From positions 1 to 28,899 of the forward strand of contig NIVC01004998.1 of assembly GCA_002269645.1 (NCBI GenBank): a stretch of DNA of 28,899 nt, read 5' to 3'. Positions 21,021 through 28,899 of this stretch are shown in pieces. Made by a program: the position numbers and the translations under genes. The DNA is from Macrostomum lignano. Lineage: Eukaryota. Numbering within the stretch: position 1 is the stretch's first letter; each line of letters starts with the position of its first letter. The notes below the pieces were generated by a model that worked only from the letters and a program-made list of their open reading frames with translations, had not been told where the DNA came from and ran no database searches.

Positions 21021-24000
21021 ATGCATTGCAGCTCTTCTGTTTGTATTGCTCTGCTCGCCATTTTCCTAGCCGAAGTCGCCTCCTTGGTTTCTGGCAGCAA
21101 GTGGGATTTTCATGCCTGTGAGTGACATTTAAAATAAAACAAATCTGCTATTTATAGTTTTACACCTTGTGCTCACAACTTCCATCCAAAAAATATTGAA
21201 TTTTCGTCGGCTTCTGGCATAAATCAATGAAAATATTGAATATCTGTGAGTAGTCTTCGAGTGCTTTCCAAGACCTGTCAACACAGTTGCGTCAACACTG
21301 GCAGGAAAATTGACCTGTTTGTTGTCTTGCTCAAACTTGTTTTTGGGTCGATAATAATAATAGTAATAGTAAGAATTGATTACAACTTCCCTAACGAGCA
21401 GATGTGCAATCTGAAGGCTGCGTACGGCTGTTCAGTCCAAGGACTGGGGGGTCGCCACACACATCCTCAATTACCCCCGCTAATGCTGGCACCCATTTTA
21501 CAGCCGGGTGAACTGAAGCAATGCTGAGTTAAGTGTCTTGCTCAAGGAATCGAACCCCCGAGGTTTCCGTCGTAAGCCCGACGCTCTGACACCCTTGGTT
21601 TGGTTTGATTCTTTACCTAGCTATTAGTCTATCTTTCTGATTTCCAATTGCACGCATGCACCCTCCAACGGCATAAGGGAATAGAAGAGAATGATGCGGC
21701 GGATTTGGCCAGAAGGCACCGCGGCGGCTGCAGGAGAGCACTATTAGAAGTTGTTAGACGAATTCCCTAGAGGGGAAACTGGGACGCAAGTCAGTGAAGA
21801 CTAGAATTCAAGCAGAGAAGACTAATCACAGTCAGTGTTATCTGAAAATAATGCTCTTAAATTTTTAACGAGTTTGCAGCGACTCGAGAGTCGTGTTCAG
21901 CTGCCATCATGATCAGTAGCTCCTGCATCTATCAGCTGATCAGTTGCTGGTCAGTTGAGCTTTCTCACATTTCAGTGGGCTGTTAAAAATAGGCGCAATC
22001 TGAGACAGGTGATTAATGGAGTTTTAAACAGCTAGAAAGACTGGCGCACAAACGTTAGTTTAGCGTTGCTATGACGACAGAATTGCACAGCTCATAAGCT
22101 TTGGCTAAATTTTTATATCGAATATTTTTAGTCAATCTTAATAAGACTTTCACAACGCCTAATTGCTTAAAGAATGGAAAACTACAAGTGCAAGCCTCCA
22201 ACACTAAGATCAACTAGCCTGTAAAAATGGCCTTTTTGAGCAGCAGTAATTTAGTTGTAAATATTAGTTATGATATAGTGGCATGTCATATTAATTTGGT
22301 AAGGAGTTTGCAAATCAATAGTGCCGCATCATGCTCCCATTACAGCGGCTTGCTTCAGCAATTTCGCAATTTTAGGCCTTCTAAATGACTGATTGGTTCA
22401 TGATTTATATTGACTCGCTTTAAGATGCCAGCCATGGTTAGGTTAACAATTAATCTTAAGAAGTGCTTTTTCGCTTAACTCATCATGCTGACTTTGGCTA
22501 TTTTGTGTGCCATTTTTATAGGGAAATAATGCTAATAACCCGCACAGGGAACCTGGTCACGCATCAGCCAGTGACTTCCAGCTTCGAGGCTGCTCTGCCG
22601 ACAGATGAAGATGAAGCTGCAAGTTTAAGTGAGTTCGAATTTTTTTAGCATCTAAATAAAAATTGCACCAACAAGTTTTTACGCTTTCTGAACTTTGGAA
22701 ACCTGTCAAAGATCTACTTTTTGCTATACCATTTGAAAAAAACACTGTTTGAAAAATCGACACCAATTCGTGCAAATAATGTGTAACCGATACTTTATAA
22801 GTCCTCATATACCATAAACTTCATAAACCCTAAACTTCATTAGCCCGAAACTTCATGACCCCAAAACTTCATGAACTCGAAACTTCATGACCCCAAAACT
22901 TCATGAACCCGAAACTTCATGACCCCAAAACTTCATGCACCCGAAACTTCATTAGCCCGAAACTTCATGAACCCAAAACTTCATGAACCCGAAACTTCAT
23001 GACCCCAAAGCTTTATGAAATTGAAACTTCATGACCCCAAAACTTTATGAAATTGAAACTTCATAAACCCAAAACTTCATTAGCCCGAAACATCAAGAAC
23101 CCGAAACTTCATGAACCCAAAACTTCATGAACCCGAAACTTCATCAGCCCAAAACTTCATAAACCTGAAGCCGAAACTTCAAACCGTGCACCCACCCAAG
23201 TTCATAAACTTCATGCACCCAAAACTTCATGAATTCAAAACTTCATGAATTCAAAACTTCATGAACCCGAAACTTCATGACCCCAAAACTTCATGCACCC
23301 GAAACTTCATGGCCCCAAAACTTTATGAACTTGAAACTTTATAAACCCAAAACTTCATTAGCCCGAAACATCAAGAACCCAAAACTTCATTAGCCCGAAA
23401 ATTCATGAACCTGAAACTTTTTGAACCCAAAAGTTTATGAACCAGAAGCTTCTTAAACTCTATTTTAAGGTTCTTCTTTAGCCAGTAATTTAATTTATTC
23501 AATTATAATTTCAAGTTAAACAAACTCGCGAACGTTCTGAGCGGCGTCGCTACGCTGCGCTGTTACGCTGGGCTGGGCTGGGGGACAAAGAAAAAATGAA
23601 TTATTCCTCATATCTCTCTCATAGCTGCAACCTATTAAGCAGGTTCTTGCTAGGTTTGTATATTTGTGGATTTGTAACAAACACTCTAGTAGATAAAACA
23701 ATTTTTGCGTTGCAAATATTATAACGTTTCCAACTCAACGTCGAAAGTTTGCGCCACTCTGTCGAGAGTGTCCTCCAACTCTGGCGACGTCGGTATCATG
23801 GCATTGTCCGGCGACGAGTTCCACCCGGGTTTGAACAGAGTGTGCCGGCTGGCCCACCTGGCATGCCTGTACACCTCTGCCGGGCCTCAGCCTTTCGCGC
23901 CGGTGTGGAAGTCCAACGGCACTGTGGAGTTTTATCCGGACAGAAGTCTTGCCGGTTTGGCAATCAGCCAGTTCATGGAGTGGTCCGAATGGAGCTTGTT

Positions 24001-27000
24001 TAGCGTGCTCTACACCAGAGATACAGGTGAGAGGGGCTGTCGTAAATTTACGTTGGGCCTACAAATCGGCTTCTCTCTCAGCCATGGACAGTGTGGTGGA
24101 TCAGTGATTCTGTGTCTGCACTGGTGTGGCCTGACCTCAGCCATGGACAGTGTGGTGGATCAGTGATTCTGTGTCTGAACTGGTGTGGCCTGACCTCAGC
24201 CATGGACAGTGTGGTGGATCAGTGATTCTGTGTCTGAACTGGTGTGGCCTGACCTCAGCCATGGACAGTGTGGTGGATCAGTGATTCTGTGTCTGAACTG
24301 GTGTGGCCTGACCTCAGCCATGGACAGTGTGGTGGATCAGTGATTCTGTGTCTGCACTGGTGTGGCCTGACCTCAGCCATGGACAGTGTGGTGGATCAGT
24401 GATTCTGTGTCTGCACTGGTGTGGCCTGACCTCAGCCATGGACAGTGTGGTGGATCAGTGATTCTGTGTCTGCACTGGTGTGGCCTGACCTCAGCCATGG
24501 ACAGTGTGGTGGATCAGTGATTCTGTGTCTGCACTGGTGTACCCTGACCTCAGCCATGGACAGTGTGGTGGATCGGTGATTCTGTGTCTGCACTGGTGTG
24601 GCCTGACCTCAGCCATGGACAGTGTGGTGGATCAGTGATTCTGTGTCTGCACTGGTGTGGCCTGACCTCAGCCATGGACAGTGTGGTGGATCAGTGATTC
24701 TGTGTCTGCACTGGTGTGGCCTGACCTCAGCCATGGACAGTGTGGTGGATCAGTGATTCTGTGTCTGCACTGGTGTGGCCTGACCTCAGCCATGGACAGT
24801 GTGGTGGATCAGTGATTCTGTGTCTGCACTGGTGTGGCCTGACCTCAGCCATGTACATTGAGACAAGGAAACTTATAATTGTGTCTGTCTATACCAGTGG
24901 TCCTAGTGGACAAGGCCAGTCGGTTTGGTTTTCTCAGCCATGTTCGCAACTATCGCTGCAGTGCAACAAAGCTGCTAATACTTTGAAAATTCCAGCATCT
25001 GAATAACAGAGGGTAGCTACAAACATTTTCACCAAGAAAAAGCTTACGACCCTTGACATTGACTAATAGACAAATATTTTACTGGGAATACGAAAGCATA
25101 GACACTGCCTTCAGCGCGCAATTAGATTGATGAGAGGCAATCGAGGCGCGCACAACACGGATGACCGGATTCTTGGAAAACTTTTTGAAAAGTACACTCC
25201 AAATGAATTCGTATTCGTATTTAAAAACCAAATATTTGCTTGCTGTTCGAAAGCTACCTAATCTCTTTATGTTCGCTTTTTGAAATAATTATGGCTAAAA
25301 CTTTTTCATCAGACTCATTTAACTGCTTCAATTTGAACACACTTCGTGCCCCGATTCCCTAACAGACCTGGACAAGTACAGAGAAACTCTACTGTCCTCC
25401 AACTCGAAGATTCTATTCCGCAAGATTGACTTAGTCAACAGCAATGAAACATTTCTGGCATTGAAAAGTCTTCGTCAGGCGAACGTGTTCCATTTTGTGG
25501 TGGACATTCCGTCCGATCAGCTTCCCCGACTACTACAGCTGGTGAGGAAACAAAATTGAACCCGAAATTCAGCGCACAGAAACACGCGTCATAAAACAAC
25601 TTCGGCTACCTTAACCTGCAAATGGCTTTTTTCAGGCATCTTCCGCCGGAATAACAAGTGTCTCGTACAATTACCTGTACGTTGGCTGGGTAAGAGCTGC
25701 CGTGCAATACGTTTCGGCCGTATTTCACTCGGGTGTCCACAAGCCTGTCAAGCTTGCCCAACTGTACATGCTGCACCTAAATGATGGCCACGACCTGGCC
25801 TCACTCTGATCCTTTGCAGATAAGCCCCGCTCTGTACCACAGCGGCATTGCTGGCTATCTGTATGCCGGAGGCAATTTCAGCGCCCTGCAAGTGGGCGCT
25901 GTGACGGGCAGCCAGTTGGAGAATGAAGGCGTTCCGGTAAGCCCAGCGCTGGAATGACGGTGGCCGCTTCGCATTCCTCTGAACGCCCTCCAGTCAGTTT
26001 TTTTTTAATTTTTCGCCGTTTAGCTTAGTGCAGCGTTACCGTCTTGCACTGAAAATGTTGAAAAGTAGTTCGGACAATAATGCAATTGTACAATGCCTTT
26101 TACGTCAATGCAGTGCAAGCTCAAGCCTCGTCAAGCTAAACGATGATCGTATTCTCAGTTACATGCGGCTTTTCTGTGAGCTGCTGGCGCAGATTAGCGT
26201 TCATTTCTTTTAGCGTGATGAGCGGATTCGCTTGGGTACAAGTACACGGGCCTGCATTTCTTCATCCCACTTGAATCGTTTGGCTCCATCCTTGGGCTTC
26301 TTTTCAACTCTCCCTGACCTCACAATCTTGTACGCTGTTCACCTCTTGACTCCAAGTTGGCGCGCCAGTTTCACAAAGTCATCCCCACGATCAGCAGCCT
26401 TGATGATACGGTCTCTGCCACTGTTGCTTACAATAGCGTACTGCCGAGGCTGCTGTTCCACGATATCTCCATCGAATTCTGCTTCAGCTTCATGGATTCC
26501 ATCTTGCTCTCCAGCAATTCATCGTCTTCTTCAATCTGATCTTCAGAATTCATGTCGATTCTTGGTGCGCAACGATTGTACAGTTATGCAGTAAAAACAA
26601 AAATTAGATTAACTAATTTAACTTAGACGAAAGTTTTGCTACAGCCCAAGATGCAGTGGATGAGCAGAATCCTGCAGGGCGAGAACCAGGGCTGGTTTCG
26701 GCAGATGCTTCGCTTCATCCCGCGCTGCTTAAACGAGGAAGAAATTATCTGAAAATTGATAGGGTTTGATTTCAATCCGTCCAACACTGTTTTGAGAGAC
26801 ACGATTGTTGTTATACTGCCATGGTTTTGCTTTTGTCTGTTTTATATTGGTTTCTCTGAAATCAAAGTGTTAATGTCAATCGTTTTTTGATATGCCATCT
26901 ATTTACAGACGTTATTTCAGTGAAGTTATTCGTGAAGGATATGCGAGCACTGTGAAAAGGATTAATTGCGCACCCATATTCTCAAATGGGCTGCTCCATA

Positions 27001-28509
27001 GAGCCCCTTTTGGACCATAGACAATTAGAAACAAGTCTTCAATAGCTTGATTCTCCCCATAAGGATTAAATTGCTTGCTCCTAGGCTGAATTAGCTTGGA
27101 AAATGCTATATTAGTTCATGTATCTATGTGCAAAAATCTCAGTCGAAAAAGAATGTAACTTTGTTTCTTTTGAATTTCAAAGCTGCGCGTGCGCGTCATT
27201 CGGGGACAGTTTTGGCCACAGACAGTCTGAAGTGAACTTCGCTATCTGTTTCAATAGAAATTGACTTTGCTTGAGCTGAATTTCCTCAAGCGCTTTAGAA
27301 TTTAGTGTTTGAATTGAAGGTCTGCTTGTTTCTATTAAACAATACTTTGTTCAAAATAGAAGGTAAAATGGTGTACAATTCAATTTGGAGGCTCTATAGT
27401 TAGTCCTCAAATCAAAATTAGGAATCTTTCAAAAGTTCTTTGAAATGTTTTCCACAATGTACTTTTCACTTTTTCAAGCTATGAAATTGCTAGCTTAATG
27501 CTCATTGAGCGTGTCAACAATGAATTTCAACGAAGTGAAGTACTCATCAGATACATGTACTGCCATTCTCCCCAACAGCTCGCAGACCGACTGCGCCAGG
27601 AGGCCTCCTGGATGCTGGACTCGGCCTACGCCGCTGTCAGCAGAAATCGCAGCGATTCTGGGGCGCGAGTTGAGCCACTTCAGCTGGAGTTGGAACCGGC
27701 CAAGGGTTCATTGTGTAATGTATCGCGCCAATCGACTGGCACGTACCTGACTGCTCTCAAAGTAAGTAGCAGGCATTTAAAATGAAGGTGCGTTTGATGA
27801 GTTGGCTAAATAGCAGTAAACATTTTGATTTTACACTTTTCAGAACAAGATATCCAAGTCGATCGGTATCGTTAAAGTGCCGGAAGGTCTGGATGTATAC
27901 AACTTCAGTTTTGATGTGTTTCATCTGTACACAACAAAAATGCAAAAGGTATGCAATTAGGCCATGATCCTATGCCGTGATAAGCTAGGAAGTGGCCCAG
28001 GAACTGGGAATCTGGGAGGATGGCGTACTGTGGTCTTTTCGATCCTCCCAGCAACAGGGGATCTGCTGCTTTTTCTCCTCAGTCGTGTACATGTAGTCCA
28101 TTCGTGCTATCAACCGTTCTCAGTTCGCCATCTGGACTGCGGATAACGGCTTCATACAAGTGCCCGGTGCCTATGAAAAGCACCTGAAGAATTCGATCAG
28201 TACCTGAAGAGGGTCAAACTGACTGTCGTGTCTGTGGAAGACCCGCCGTTTAGCATCTACAACGAAGAGGATCCGGAAGGCCGGCCAATCACTGGGAACG
28301 ATCGTGACCGGCTTCGCCGTTGAGCTGTTCAAAGAGATCGCCCGCCGGATGCGGCTGCGCTACTCGATTCGAAAAAGCATGATGGAAAGTTTGGCTCCCC
28401 AGTTGACGGCACGAACAATCGCGAGTGGAGCGGCATGATCGGCGAGCTGATTAAGGGCACAGCGAACGTGGCAGTGGCTTCGCTAACCATCACCTACGAC
28501 AGGGAAAAG
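21021..28509 (+). CDS. Ionotropic glutamate receptor subunit (non-NMDA-like): signal peptide, amino-terminal domain and S1 start, incomplete at the window end
   Basis: Exons 21021-21117, 21880-21949, 22522-22628, 23748-24026, 25366-25541, 25636-25689, 25820-25936, 27579-27761, 27844-27948 and 28124-28509 are all GT..AG with compatible phases, and exons 1-9 give 396 aa. Signal peptide MHCSSSVCIALLAIFLAEVASLVSG. ATD-like FYPD...WSLFSVLY. S1 motifs LTVVSVEDPPF, GNDR, GFAVELFKEIA, DGKFG, WSGMIGELI, AVASLTITYDREK. Exon 10 needs three frameshift corrections, and exons 2-3 are the least certain. Confidence 0.88.
21350..21598 (-). mobile_element. SINE family 2: tRNA-derived head, CORE/MIR-like segment and (TAT/TAC)n tail, in iGluR intron 1
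   Basis: Minus strand reads GTCAGAGCG, then B box GGGTTCGATTCC, then CCTTGAGCAAGACACTTAACTC..GCTTCAGTT.....CTGTAAAATGGG (resembling MIR CORE CTTGGGCAAGT.ACTTAACC..CCTCAGTTT..CTGTAAAATGGG), ending in TACTATTACTATTATTATTAT. Confidence 0.7.
22815..23455. repeat. 16-bp minisatellite (AAACTTCATGAACCCG / AAACTTCATGACCCCA), ~40 copies, iGluR intron 3
   Basis: AAACTTCAT core recurs about every 16 bp. Confidence 0.96.
24077..24853. repeat. 59-bp minisatellite, 13 full copies plus 10 bp, iGluR intron 4
   Basis: CTCAGCCATG runs from 24077 to 24844 (767 = 13 x 59). Units are near-identical, with three adjacent TGAACT variants. Confidence 0.99.
26120..26530 (-). pseudogene. Degenerate IS630/Tc1-mariner transposase N-terminal HTH fragment, iGluR intron 7
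   Basis: Minus-strand translation RQYAIVSNSGRDRIIKAADRGDDFVKLARQLGVKR*TAYKIVRSGRVEKKPKDGAKRFKWDEEMQ, then after a frameshift QANPLITLKEMNANLRQQLTEKPHVTENTI. In-frame stop at 26341-26339. Confidence 0.7.
26647..26752 (+). pseudogene. Possible C-terminal fragment of a Tc1-like transposase
   Basis: ILQGENQGWFRQMLRFIPRCLNEEEII* resembles the recalled C-terminal GW.RH..RF.PRCL.E.I motif of Tc1/IS630-like transposases. Confidence 0.45.
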
Positions 28510-28899
28510 GTGCGTCAAAGTCCTAAATAAAGGATATAATTAATGCATTAATGTTTTTATTGACTCAAGAAGCTCTTCTGGCCCTGCCCATGTAGTTTTA
28601 GCTTTAGTTACTAATAAAACATCGGGTTTCTTTTTATGAAAGTGCAAAACTGACTATCTATATAATATACGCACCCTGCACATACTTCGCAGCTTCTCAG
28701 TCTCAGTCCTGTATTGTCTTGCCCCGATGGCTAAATTGCGCCAATCTGTGAATCAAGTAAACTTACACTCGTATAAAAAGCCTTTAAACCACTCGATGAA
28801 GTATAACAAAATAATCTAGCTAATTAGAAAAGGATAGTTTTGTTTCCATAGAGGATTTGTCATAGACGATCTTGGCAAAAAAAGTTGAAGATTTAAAGT

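Overview
Eukaryotic (metazoan invertebrate) genomic DNA. GC-rich exons and minisatellite-filled introns are reminiscent of a free-living flatworm such as Macrostomum, but that assignment is inference only. Left to right: (1) two diverged, head-to-head paralogous genes, one on the minus strand (497-6218, 4 exons) and one on the plus strand (6965-9150, 2 exons), encoding unrecognised proteins built from a ~35-aa repeat (P-x-P-[RK]-V-R-P-E-A-x-E-x-A-x-[RK]-N-R-G); (2) a single-coding-exon TMEM74/neurensin-like two-TM gene (11333-11698); (3) a complete, apparently very young Ty3/Gypsy LTR retrotransposon (15778-20720) with identical 194-bp LTRs, a 4-bp TSD, a tRNA-Leu PBS, a PPT, and gag-pol joined by a -1 frameshift signal with a predicted pseudoknot; (4) the 5' half of an ionotropic glutamate receptor gene (10 exons from 21021, running off the window), starting 300 bp after the 3' LTR. 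Also present: two tRNA-derived SINE families (one copy split by a 2.1-kb minisatellite), degenerate Tc1/IS630-type transposase fragments, about ten distinct tandem arrays, and a 52-bp-period repeat-spacer array whose conserved part resembles an LTR-end/PBS junction. Several host exons carry small frameshifting deletions, nearly all in homopolymer runs, which look like assembly errors. All alignments were done by eye and no database was searched.
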